Part shown: positions 49,013 through 58,192 of the stretch, piece by piece
Numbering within the stretch: position 1 is the stretch's first letter
Layout of the letters: each line of letters opens with the position of its first letter
NCBI GenBank assembly: GCA_963770645.1
Contig: CAVYQL010000002.1
Location: forward strand, 146,586 to 210,585
From: an uncultured Acidimicrobiaceae bacterium
GTDB taxonomy: Bacteria > Actinomycetota > Acidimicrobiia > Acidimicrobiales > RAAP-2
Length of the DNA: 64,000 nucleotides
Direction of reading: 5' to 3'
Position numbers and translations under genes: made by a program
Notes under the pieces: model-generated
Database searches by the model: none
Told to the model about the DNA's origin: nothing
Seen by the model: only the letters and a program-made list of their open reading frames with translations

Positions 49013-49834
49013 TCAGGAGAGCTGATCGCCCAGATCGCGCACGGAGATGTCCCATGCCGCGGGCCAATCGCGCGTCCGCAACAACGCGTCGCTCCCCCCG
49101 TCACAGAACACCACCGAGCCGCAGAAGAACGCGGCATCGGGACCCAGCAGGAACGCCACCAGCGCGGCGATCTCTTCGGGCCGGCCCGGCCGCCCGACGG
49201 GGATGGGCAGCATGTCGAGCAACGGAGCCGTCTCTGCGTCGGCGCGCATGCCCGCGACCATCGGCGTGTCGATCATGCCGGGGGCAATGGCGTTGAGGCG
49301 TAGTCCCGAGCCCGCCCATGCCGGGCCCGTCGCGTTGCGGCGCACCCAGTGCGCCACCGCCAGCTTGGTTGCCGGATAGGCCACGAGCGAGCCCCGCGCG
49401 TCGGCGATCTCGCCGCTGCGCACAGCGTCGTGGTCGAGACAGGCCTCGACGAGGTCGGCCGGGATGGCCGGTTGCACGGTGGTCGAGTTCGAGCTGATCG
49501 CGACCGCTGCGCCGCCCTGGGTGAGCAGCGGCCGCAGGCTCTCGAGCACCTCGACGGTGCCGAAGTAGTTCACGGCTGCCAGCAACGATCCGGCCCGGTT
49601 GGGTGCTCCGGCCAGGCCGGCGCAGGTCACGATGCCGGCCAGTGACCCGCCACAGCGTTCGGTTGCCTCGGCCACGGCACGGTGCCGGCCCTCGGGGGTG
49701 GCCAAGTCCGCCACCACGTCGGTCTCGTCCTTGTCGACGCCGACGACGTGCCAGCCCGACGCCGCGAGACGCACAGCGGTGGCGGCGCCGATGCCCGACG
49801 CGGCCCCGGTGATGACGACGGTGCGCTCAGGCAG
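49013..49834 (-). CDS. SDR family oxidoreductase (start codon unresolved)
   Basis: TVVITGAASGIGAATA Rossmann motif lies upstream of the track's GTG start (49774). In frame only a CTG (49834) follows the preceding stop. Confidence 0.7.
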   Translation of the reverse strand: MPERTVVITGAASGIGAATAVRLAASGWHVVGVDKDETDVVADLATPEGRHRAVAEATERCGGSLAGIVTCAGLAGAPNRAGSLLAAVNYFGTVEVLESLRPLLTQGGAAVAISSNSTTVQPAIPADLVEACLDHDAVRSGEIADARGSLVAYPATKLAVAHWVRRNATGPAWAGSGLRLNAIAPGMIDTPMVAGMRADAETAPLLDMLPIPVGRPGRPEEIAALVAFLLGPDAAFFCGSVVFCDGGSDALLRTRDWPAAWDISVRDLGDQLS

Positions 49835-50285
49835 CGCGCCGCGCCTTCAAGAGGGCGAGCGCCTTGTCCGCATGGGAGCCCATGGAGAACTCGCTGTGGA
49901 TCACGTCGAGGAGCGTGCGGTCGGTGTCGATCACGAACGTCATCCGCCTGTTCGGCAAGAAGCTCGCGGCGCGCTTGGCGCCGAGCTGCGTCGCCACGAC
50001 GCGATCGGGGTCCGACAGCAGGGGGAACCCGAGCGACTCCTTCTCGTCGAACTGCTTCTGCTTCTCGACCGCGTCGGCACTGATGCCGACGGGCTGGGCG
50101 CCCACCGCGGCGAACTCGGCCGCCAGGTCCCGGAAGTGGCAGCTCTCCTTGGTGCAGCCGTAGGTCATTGCCGCCGGGTAGAAGAACAGCACGGCCGGCC
50201 CGTTGGCCAGGAAGCTGCTGAGGGTACGAGGCGTGCCGGTCTGGTCGGGCAGCTCGAAATCGGGGACGACGTCGCCTGTGCGCAT
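49827..50285 (-). CDS. bcp: peroxiredoxin (Bcp/AhpC-TSA family)
   Basis: VPDFELPDQTG....LS......VLFFYPAAMTYGCTKESC active site. ATG 50285. Confidence 0.85.
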   Translation of the reverse strand: MRTGDVVPDFELPDQTGTPRTLSSFLANGPAVLFFYPAAMTYGCTKESCHFRDLAAEFAAVGAQPVGISADAVEKQKQFDEKESLGFPLLSDPDRVVATQLGAKRAASFLPNRRMTFVIDTDRTLLDVIHSEFSMGSHADKALALLKARRAA

Positions 50286-50323
50286 CCGCTCAATGTAGAG
50301 CGGGAACGGGCGTTCGTGCTCGG

Positions 50324-51076
50324 CTACGCCTCGAAGCGGAATCCGACCCCTCGCACGGTGACCAGGTGGCGGGGGTTGGCCGGATCGGGTTCGACCTTGC
50401 GACGCAGGCGCTTGATGTGCGTGTCGAGGGTCCGCGTGTCGGTGAGCTCCTGGTCCCACCACAACCGGTCGATGCACCAGTCACGCGTCACCACCTGGCC
50501 GCTGTGCGACATCAACAGGGCGAGGAGGTCGAACTCCTTGCGGGACAGGTCGACGGGGTTCTCGTTGACCATCACCTCGCGGCGACCCGCGTCGAGGCGG
50601 ACCGGTCCCACGGAGAGGACCTCTTCGTGGTGCTCCGCGACGGCCACCCCGCGCCGCAGCACGGCTCGCATGCGCGCAACCAGCTCGCGCAAACGGAAGG
50701 GCTTGGCCACGTAGTCGCTCGCGCCGAGCTCGAGTCCGAGGACGATGTCCACTTCGGAGTCGCGCGCCGTCACCATGATGATCGGTACCGGCTTCAGGCT
50801 GCGCATCTGCTGGCAGATCTCGATCCCGGACTGGTCGGGCAGCATGACGTCGAGCAACACGAGGTCGGGGTGCACGCGATGGAAGAGGCGTAGCGCCTCG
50901 TGGCCGTCGCCTGCAGCCTCGACCGTGAAGCCCTCACGCGTGAGCCCCGAGGCCAACGCCTGACGGTAGGACTCCTCGTCGTCGACGACGAGCACGAGGG
51001 GACGGTTGTCGCGTGGCGGACCGGCGAGCGGCGGCCGGCCCGCGGCGGGCTGTGCATTGGCGATCGCCACGTTCAT
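50324..51076 (-). CDS. OmpR/PhoB-family response regulator, no adjacent kinase
   Basis: LVVDDEES...DLVLLDVMLPD..G receiver. Winged-helix C-terminus (LSRKEFDLLALLM....VV.R..........D.RTLDTHIKRLRRKVE....P..L.TVRGVGFRFE). Confidence 0.85.
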   Translation of the reverse strand: MNVAIANAQPAAGRPPLAGPPRDNRPLVLVVDDEESYRQALASGLTREGFTVEAAGDGHEALRLFHRVHPDLVLLDVMLPDQSGIEICQQMRSLKPVPIIMVTARDSEVDIVLGLELGASDYVAKPFRLRELVARMRAVLRRGVAVAEHHEEVLSVGPVRLDAGRREVMVNENPVDLSRKEFDLLALLMSHSGQVVTRDWCIDRLWWDQELTDTRTLDTHIKRLRRKVEPDPANPRHLVTVRGVGFRFEA

Positions 51077-51501
51077 TTCCCCCTCAGGCAGCGTCGTGGG
51101 GAAACCGAGGATGAAGGACGCACAGAGAGGCAGGCGACGACGGCGGACGGGGGGCTGTGCGCGCCGGCGTCGCCTGGATACGCGGGGAGGCGAACACCCG
51201 CGCGACGGTCACCAACGATCCGAGGAGCCCGGGGCGGTGTGAGCGCTCCGGTCGGATCATGATGACATCGGCCAGGGCGTCCTGGCCGCGATGGCGATTG
51301 GCAATGGGGCTGGAACGAGGGCCCCGACCGCCGTGACCCGTGTGCTGATCAGCGCTCGCCATCGCGCCTCACGCTACGGAGTTGAGGTAAACGTGCTGTG
51401 AAAGCGCTGTAACCAACAAGTGTTCTGAAGATGAACTCTTACTGCTGTCTTATCCGCCCGCAGCAGTACGCTGCCGTCGCACAGGAAATGGGAGGTGCCC
51501 A

Positions 51502-52002
51502 ATGACCGAGGCGATGGGCCACGGCGTGAATCAACGCAGGGCTATTCAGATGACCCCCGAGGAGATCGAGTCGTTCCTCGCCGAGCGTCGTGCAATGACT
51601 ATGTGCTCCATCTCGGCCGACGGGTCGATTCACGCCGTTGCCATGTGGTACGGCTTTCTCGACGGCCGTGTCACGGTCGAGACCAAGGCAAAGTCGCAAA
51701 AGGTGCAGAACCTGCGCCGCGACCCTCGGCTGACATTGCTCTTCGAGGCCGGCGACTACTACGAGGAGCTCCGTGGAGTGGAGCTGGTGGGGAGGGCCGA
51801 GATCGTGGAGGATCCCGACAGGCTGTGGAACCTCGGTGTCAGCGTGTTCGAGCGGTACTACGCGCCGTACACCGAAGAGCTCAAGCCCTTCATTGAGACG
51901 ATGCTGCACAAGCGCGTCGGGGTCAAGCTCCACGTTGAGCGCACCGTCACCTGGGACCACCGCAAGCTCGGCCTGCCGTCGACACGCCCTGCCTCTGAGT
52001 GA
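51502..52002 (+). CDS. PPOX-class probable F420-dependent enzyme
   Basis: MTPEEIESFLAERRAMTMCSISADGSIHAVAMWY.....V.VETKAKSQKVQNLRRDPR. GGGAGG SD before ATG 51502. Confidence 0.72.
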   Translation: MTEAMGHGVNQRRAIQMTPEEIESFLAERRAMTMCSISADGSIHAVAMWYGFLDGRVTVETKAKSQKVQNLRRDPRLTLLFEAGDYYEELRGVELVGRAEIVEDPDRLWNLGVSVFERYYAPYTEELKPFIETMLHKRVGVKLHVERTVTWDHRKLGLPSTRPASE

Positions 52003-52014
52003 AGGGCTACACGA

Positions 52015-53421
52015 TCATCCGGGCTGATCACACGCCTTGAGCAGCTGTGTCATGCCGTCTTCGATGCCACTGGCGAGCACGTCGATGTCGGGCGTCGAGT
52101 CGTAGTCACCCGTGATGCCGAAGTTGACCTCGCCGTCGTAGGAGAAGATGGCGACGCCAAGGCGCATCTGGCCACCGAGCGGGACATAGGGAAACGCGCG
52201 GATCATCCGCCGGCCGGCCGCGAAGAGCGGGAATTGTGGACCGGGCACGTTCGTCGTGACTGTGTTCACGTTGCGCTGGCCGGCTCGCGTGGCCAGGCGC
52301 ATGCCGAGCGCCAGCAGCATCGGTGGCGCGAAGCCCGACATGGAGGTGAGCGCGCCGCCGGCAAGCGCCTGCTTCGAGTCCTTGAGGTCCTTCATCTGCT
52401 CGGCGATCGTGTGAAGCCGCAACACGGGGTCGTCGAGGTCGACGGGGAGCTCGGCGAACATCGCGGAGACCTTGTTCTCGAAGGTTCCGTCCCCAACGGC
52501 CTTCCCGTCGGCATCGCGCGGACGGATCGACACGGGTACCAACGTGCGTACGACACGCTCAACGTTCTCGTCGCGGGCCAAGAGCAGTTCGCGGAACCCG
52601 TTGGTGATGCACGCCAGCACCACGTCGTTGAACGTCCCGCCCAGCGCCTTGCGGACTCGCTTGATGTCGTCGACCGACGTCGACGCCCAGGCGTAGCGCC
52701 GGTGCGGGCCGAGTGGCCCGTTCAGGCTTGACAGCGGCATGGGACGGACGAGCCCACTGAGCGAGAACAGTCCGCTGGCGACCTCGATGGCGTACCCCGC
52801 CAGGCGGCGGATGGCGCGGGTCTGCGCCCGGGCCGCTCGCACCTGCTCGTAGGGCGAGAGCACGAAGTTCTCGAGTGCCTCGAGCACCAGCTGCAGGTCC
52901 GAGGGCTCAGGATGAGGAACCCAGGTCGAGGCCGGCGGACGGATGGCATCGGCACTGAGGTCCATCAGCACCGCGAGGAGGTCCGTCCCCGAGACGCCGT
53001 CCACCAGCGCGTGGTGCGTCTTGGCCAGGATCGCCCAGCGACCGTCCTCGAGGCCCTCCACCACCCAGATCTCCCACAGGGGTTTCGAGCGGTCGAGTTG
53101 TTGCGCCATCACGCGCCCGACCAGCTTTCGTAGCTCGCTCTCCCCGCCGGGCGCAGGGAGCGCGGTGTGCCGGACGTGGTAATCGATGTTGAAGTGAGTG
53201 TCATCGACCCAGACGGGCCGTCCGAGCTCGAAGGGAACCGCCTTGACCTTCTGGCGGTAACGGGGGACGAGGTCGAGCTTCGCGTCGATCATGTCGACAA
53301 TGTCCGCGAACGCCGGCGGCGGGCCTTCGAAGATCGTGACCGACGCGATGTGCATGTGCGACACGTGGTCCTCGATATGGAGGAACGAGGTGTCCAAGGG
53401 GCTCAGGCGGTCAGGACACAT
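52015..53421 (-). CDS. wax ester synthase/diacylglycerol acyltransferase (WS/DGAT)
   Basis: LSPLDTSFLHIED..., HHALVDGVSG catalytic motif, 468 aa. Confidence 0.85.
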   Translation of the reverse strand: MCPDRLSPLDTSFLHIEDHVSHMHIASVTIFEGPPPAFADIVDMIDAKLDLVPRYRQKVKAVPFELGRPVWVDDTHFNIDYHVRHTALPAPGGESELRKLVGRVMAQQLDRSKPLWEIWVVEGLEDGRWAILAKTHHALVDGVSGTDLLAVLMDLSADAIRPPASTWVPHPEPSDLQLVLEALENFVLSPYEQVRAARAQTRAIRRLAGYAIEVASGLFSLSGLVRPMPLSSLNGPLGPHRRYAWASTSVDDIKRVRKALGGTFNDVVLACITNGFRELLLARDENVERVVRTLVPVSIRPRDADGKAVGDGTFENKVSAMFAELPVDLDDPVLRLHTIAEQMKDLKDSKQALAGGALTSMSGFAPPMLLALGMRLATRAGQRNVNTVTTNVPGPQFPLFAAGRRMIRAFPYVPLGGQMRLGVAIFSYDGEVNFGITGDYDSTPDIDVLASGIEDGMTQLLKACDQPG

Positions 53422-53483
53422 CCACCCTCCCTTCGCGGTCGGCTGGGGTCAGGCTACTACCGGACGTCGCCCGCTTCTCGGGG

Positions 53484-54503
53484 TCAGCCGGCTGTCGCAG
53501 CGGCCAGGGGCCCACCCAGCGACGCCAGGAACGGAGTGGCGCGGACCCGTCGGCGGGTCTCCTCGTACGCGGCCTCGATGACAGCGGGGCCCCGGTCCTC
53601 GTCCATGGCGCGCAGGCCCATAATTCGCCTGGCAGCGGAGCCGGGCTCGAGGCTGATCACCGCCGTTCCGGCTGCCTCGAGGCGCGCGATCTCGCGCTCC
53701 ATCCGCCGGTGCACGGTTCGCCGCAACCATCCGTCGGCTCCGTTCGCCGTGCCGTGCGCGGCGGACATGGAGGAGACCACCACCACGAGGTCCAGTCCCT
53801 CGGCCTTGAGCACGTCTGCATTGGTCGCCGAATGCACACCACCGTCGACGTACTCGGTGCCGTCGATGGTCACCGGCGTGAAGTATCCCGGTATGGCACA
53901 GGACGCGAGCACGGCCGGCGCCAGGCGCGTCGGCGGGGCACCGGGCCGACCGAAGACGACCCGGCCGCCGTCGGTGCGGCGGACGGCACAGATGCGCAAG
54001 CCATCGGGCCAACGAGCGCCGATGTGCGTGTCGAGGCCGTGGGCTCGGTCGGAGATGTCGATCTGCCCTCGTGGCATGAGCGTCATCGCCGCCACGTCCG
54101 GGCGGAAGGCGAGAGGTCGCCGGACGGCGCGCACGATCAACGCCGGCGACGGCAGGCCCCAGGGTCGGAGCAGCGAGAGGACCGACGGCGTCGGGAGCCG
54201 CCCGGCGTCGTCGGGCAGGATCCGGCGCAGGATGGCCCCACCGCGCCGCGAGGTCGGCGCGCCGTACAGCGATGCCGCAAGGTCGGTGGCGGGGACGCCG
54301 AGACGGAGCGCAGCCCCGGTGATCGAGCCGGCGGACGTGCCGACGACGATGGAGGCGTCACGCGGGTCCCAGCCGGTCTCGCGGGCAAGGGCAGCCAGGA
54401 CGCCGGCCTGGTACGCCTGCCCGACGACGCCGCCGGCACCGAGCACGAGCCCGATCCGGGGCGCCTTGCGGCTCGCCAGCCCTCCACGGATGACCTTCAT
54501 CAC
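53484..54503 (-). CDS. patatin-like phospholipase family protein
   Basis: GLVLGAGGVVGQAYQAG (oxyanion Gly-rich loop), GTSAGS (GxSxG), DGGV... (catalytic Asp). Confidence 0.8.
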   Translation of the reverse strand: MMKVIRGGLASRKAPRIGLVLGAGGVVGQAYQAGVLAALARETGWDPRDASIVVGTSAGSITGAALRLGVPATDLAASLYGAPTSRRGGAILRRILPDDAGRLPTPSVLSLLRPWGLPSPALIVRAVRRPLAFRPDVAAMTLMPRGQIDISDRAHGLDTHIGARWPDGLRICAVRRTDGGRVVFGRPGAPPTRLAPAVLASCAIPGYFTPVTIDGTEYVDGGVHSATNADVLKAEGLDLVVVVSSMSAAHGTANGADGWLRRTVHRRMEREIARLEAAGTAVISLEPGSAARRIMGLRAMDEDRGPAVIEAAYEETRRRVRATPFLASLGGPLAAATAG

Positions 54504-54627
54504 CCCCTTGTTCTATCCGCCAGTCCGCATCCCCGGCGAGCAGTTCCCATCGGCGGCCGACACCCCTGTGTGACGTTCGGCGGCATGGCGGGGGGCGTGG
54601 CACCTGCCGTTACTCTCCTGGGCTGAC

Positions 54628-55311
54628 ATGGGCACGACCCTCACCGACCTGCACCGGATCGCGGCGCACGTGCTCGGTCGCCGGCGCTTCGAGGTGAGTG
54701 GACACTTCGGGCTGCGAGCCAGTCCGGGTGGTCTGGCCACACCGGCGTTCGGGCCCGAGCCCGAGGTACTTCGTCTCGCCGGCGCCAGCCTCGTCCGCGA
54801 GATCGGCGCCGACGCCCGCTCGGTGCCGCTCGAGGCCGCGACGATGGCCGAGTTGGCCGCGTTCGCCGGAACCGATGTGGCGGCTGCGTTCTCGGCCGGT
54901 CCCAACACCCCGCCAGTCGGCCCGGTCGATCAGCCACTCCACGTGTCCGCGAGCGAGCTCGACACGTACTACGACCGGTACGAGCTCGGCTCGCGGGTGC
55001 TCGACCTGGCGTTGAGCGCGCACAGCGCGCCGGGGACCAGCTCGACGGTGCAGCTGTGGCCCGAGCACTTCGACGTGGCGACGGCACTGGAGCTGGCGCC
55101 GGGAGCCGGAGTCAACCTCGGCTTCTCCCCGGGCGACTCCTTTTGTTCCGATCCCTACGTCTACGTCGGGCCGTGGGGCAGTGAGCGACCCGGAGCCTCC
55201 GGTTACTGGAACGCTCCCTTCGGTGCGTTCGTGCCGCGCGCCCAAGCCCCCGATGCCGCCGCCTGCCTCGAATTCCTGCAGCAGGGCCTGGACGCGCTCG
55301 TCACGCGATAG
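54628..55311 (+). CDS. hypothetical protein
   Basis: 227-aa ATG ORF, protein-like composition, divergent from the patatin gene. No family recognised. Confidence 0.45.
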   Translation: MGTTLTDLHRIAAHVLGRRRFEVSGHFGLRASPGGLATPAFGPEPEVLRLAGASLVREIGADARSVPLEAATMAELAAFAGTDVAAAFSAGPNTPPVGPVDQPLHVSASELDTYYDRYELGSRVLDLALSAHSAPGTSSTVQLWPEHFDVATALELAPGAGVNLGFSPGDSFCSDPYVYVGPWGSERPGASGYWNAPFGAFVPRAQAPDAAACLEFLQQGLDALVTR

Positions 55312-55332
55312 CGCAGCCGGCGTCTCCCGACG

Positions 55333-55992
55333 TCAGGACTCGAGGAACCGGAGCACGGCCAAGACCCGGCGGTGATCGTGCTGAGATACCGGAAGATCGA
55401 GCTTGGTGAAGATGTTGGCGACGTGCTTCTCGACGGCACCTTCACTGACAACGAGTGATTTGGCGATGGCGGCGTTGGACCGACCCTCCGCCATGAGGGC
55501 GAGGACCTCGCGCTCACGCGTTGTCAACACGGCGAGCGAATCGGTGCGGCGTGTCGCGCCGAGGAGCTGGGTGACGACTTCAGGATCCAATGCGGTACCT
55601 CCCACGGCAACGCGTTCGAGTGCTTCGACGAAGTCGGCGACGTCGGCGACACGGTCCTTCAGGAGATAGCCGATGCCCGATGCGTCGTCAGCCAGCAGAT
55701 CGGCCGCGTAGCGCGTCTCGATGTACTGGGAGAACAAGAGGATGCCGAGACCTTCGTAGCGGGCGCGGAGCTCGAGCGCGAGCCGCAGACCTTCGTCGGT
55801 GAAGGTGGGTGGCATACGGATGTCGATGACGGCGACGTCGGGTGGGTTCTGCGCGACCGAACTCCGAAGGGCGTCGGGGTCGCCGACGGCGCCGGTGATG
55901 GAGAAGCCTCTGTCGACCAGGAGCTGGACCAGCCCGTCGCGCAAGATGGCCGAGTCCTCGGCGATGGCGACGCGCAGCGCGGCGGGTGTCAC
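55333..55992 (-). CDS. LuxR/NarL-family response regulator
   Basis: GTG 55992 in a GTGA overlap with the kinase stop. LRVAIAEDSAILRDGL...DVAVIDIRMPP receiver. REREVLALMAEGRSNAAIA..L.VSEGAVEKHV HTH. Confidence 0.88.
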   Translation of the reverse strand: MTPAALRVAIAEDSAILRDGLVQLLVDRGFSITGAVGDPDALRSSVAQNPPDVAVIDIRMPPTFTDEGLRLALELRARYEGLGILLFSQYIETRYAADLLADDASGIGYLLKDRVADVADFVEALERVAVGGTALDPEVVTQLLGATRRTDSLAVLTTREREVLALMAEGRSNAAIAKSLVVSEGAVEKHVANIFTKLDLPVSQHDHRRVLAVLRFLES

Positions 55993-57387
55993 GGCGCCAA
56001 GGGGAGGTCGACGGTCACGACCGTGGGGCCGCCGGGAGGGCTCACCAGGGTCAGGCGCCCGTCGACCGCGCTCACGCGGTCGTTCAGGCCGGCGAGCCCA
56101 CTCGACGACGAACCGAGGGTGGTGAGCTGGGCGCCGCCCCGCCCGTCGTCGCGCACCACGAGCCGGAGCCACGTGCCCTGCTGTGCGCACGACACCGACG
56201 CACGCGAGGCCTGGGCGTGTTGGGCGACGTTCGCCAAGAGCTCCGCCACGCAGAAGTAGGCAATGGCCTCGATGGCCGGCGTCGGACGCAGCGAAAGACC
56301 GACGGACACCTCCGTGGGAACCGCGCTCCGAGCCGCCAAGGTGGCCAGCGCGCCCTCCAGGCCAGTGTCGAGTGCGGGAGGGTGGATGCCCCGGGCTATG
56401 TCCCGCAGCTCGGCGATGGCCTCCTTCGCGCCCCGATGTGCAGCATCCACCAGCTCGCGCACACGTTCGACGTCGACGTGATCGGGGTCCTCCAACTTCT
56501 CCTTTGCCATACCCAGCCGCATGGCGAGCGCAACCAATTGCGCCTGGGTCCCGTCGTGCAGGTCGCGTTCGATCCGGCGGAGCGTGGCGGCCGACGCGTC
56601 GACGGTCTGGGTCCTCGCTTGTTCGAGCGAACGGACGCGTGTCGCGATCGGGTCGGGCCCGAGCAGCGCCCGGATAAGCATGCGGTCGACGTTGACGAAG
56701 CCGCGCATGACCCACGGTGCGGCGAAGAAGAACACGGCGCCGGTAATGACGATGGCCACCCAATGCAAGAAGCCGGTCGCGTTGAGCGAGAAGTAGCCCG
56801 GCGGGAACAGGTTGCGCACGAGACCGAACACGGCGGGGCTGTTCGAAATTGCCGGGCGCGAGAACGGCATGGGCGAAGCAGGCCAGCGCGTCCCACCACA
56901 GGCTGAAGGCGACGTAGAACCCGAGGATCGTCCACGGAAGCTTCACCGCCAGATAGGCGATGGACCGCCAGCCCACCCGGTCGCGCAGCGCGGACTGCAG
57001 CCAGCCCAGGAAGCCGGGACGGCTGACGTAGGGCTCGGGATCGCCGACGTGCTCGCCGAGCATGGAGCGTGCGAGCCCCCTCGTCCAGGTTCCGATGCCG
57101 CGGGCCGAGCGGACGGAGAGGGCGAGCACCGCCAGGCCGACGAACGTGATGGCCAGGACAATGCCGGTCGCCATGGTGGCGCCGACGAACGCCAGGCCGA
57201 CGCCGGCCAAGCCGCCACTCACCAGGTAGAAGGCCAGCTCGCGCCAGGGTCGACTCGTGAAGGGCTCGCGCACGATGTGCCGGGCGACGCGCTTGGCGGT
57301 CTCGACCTGCTCTTCAGTGATCGCGACCGACATCTCCCTGCCCCGTACGCGCACGCGCACGCCGTCCTCGCCCTGCTCCACCATCAT
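55989..57387 (-). CDS. NarL-partner sensor histidine kinase (HisKA_3 type), frame interrupted by an apparent indel near 56871-56873
   Basis: The N-terminal sensor/TM part is in the frame of the 684-aa track ORF (to ...SLWWDALACFA). It continues in ORF 55989..56870 (PFSRPAISN...TM...; RIERDLHDGTQAQL H-box; ATPase part DDGRGGA...GLAGLNDRV). Confidence 0.8.
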
Positions 57388-58181
57388 GCATCACGCCGTG
57401 CCAGGAGGTAGCCGCCCAGCGCGAGCGCCACTGCGGCATAGCCGGCCATGAGGAGGAAACCCGTCGTGCTCGAGAGCGCACCGCCCGTGGGCGCGACCTC
57501 GGCTACCGAGTTGGCGTAGATCGAGCCGGGGGTGAACCGCACCACGTTGCCCGGCACGCCGTGCAACAGGAGGGGCAACAACAGGGTGCAGCCGACGAAC
57601 GCGGCGATCGCGCCCGCGCTGTGCCGGATGATGGCGCCCAGGCCGATGGCGAAGAGCGCGAGGAGTGCCAGGTATGCCCCGGATTCCACGAGGACGCGCA
57701 GGACCCCGGGATCGCCCAGCGTCGCCGTGGGTGCACCACCGGAAAGTTCGGCCTGGCCGACGAAGAACGACAGAAAGCTCATCGCCATCCCGACGACGAG
57801 GGCACCGGCGCCGAACACGATCACTTTGGCGGCGAAAAACACGGAGCGCCGCGGCGTTGCCGCGAGCGACGACCGTATCGTCCCGCTCCCGTACTCGCCG
57901 GTCATGGACAAGACGGCCAGCACCCCGACGACGAGCGAGCCCAGCGCGAGTCCTGCGAGCGCCGCGTTCGTCGGGTCGAAGCCCTGGAAGAAACCGGCCG
58001 GCGCGTGGGGGTGGCGGGCGCCACGCGTGGAGAGGAAGCTGACGAGCGTCGTGCCAGCCAGTGTGATGAGGAGCGCCCACGCCGTGGAGCGCAGCGAAAC
58101 GAGCTTGGTCCGCTCCGCTCGTACGGCCTGACCGAGCCCGGCCCGTGTACGCGGTGCTTCAAGTGTGACTGCGTAGGTCAT
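57384..58181 (-). CDS. ABC-2 type exporter permease
   Basis: About 6 TM segments. ATG 58181 with GAGAGGA upstream. Its stop overlaps the kinase start (ATGA). Confidence 0.75.
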   Translation of the reverse strand: MTYAVTLEAPRTRAGLGQAVRAERTKLVSLRSTAWALLITLAGTTLVSFLSTRGARHPHAPAGFFQGFDPTNAALAGLALGSLVVGVLAVLSMTGEYGSGTIRSSLAATPRRSVFFAAKVIVFGAGALVVGMAMSFLSFFVGQAELSGGAPTATLGDPGVLRVLVESGAYLALLALFAIGLGAIIRHSAGAIAAFVGCTLLLPLLLHGVPGNVVRFTPGSIYANSVAEVAPTGGALSSTTGFLLMAGYAAVALALGGYLLARRDA

Positions 58182-58192
58182 GTCGTGTCCTC

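Noticed and set aside
51084-51362. 92-aa minus ORF (and overlapping plus ORFs) upstream of the OmpR regulator
   Set aside because: Arg/Pro/His/Gly-rich composition, no SD or motif, and mutually overlapping frames. Kept only as unassigned DNA in a finding.
55333-57387. 684-aa ORF that looks like a hybrid sensor-regulator protein
   Set aside because: Its middle ~300 residues are Arg/Gly/His junk. The real kinase core is in the +1 frame (55989..56870), and the regulator has its own GTG in a GTGA overlap. The long ORF is a by-product of a frameshift plus an open GC-rich frame.
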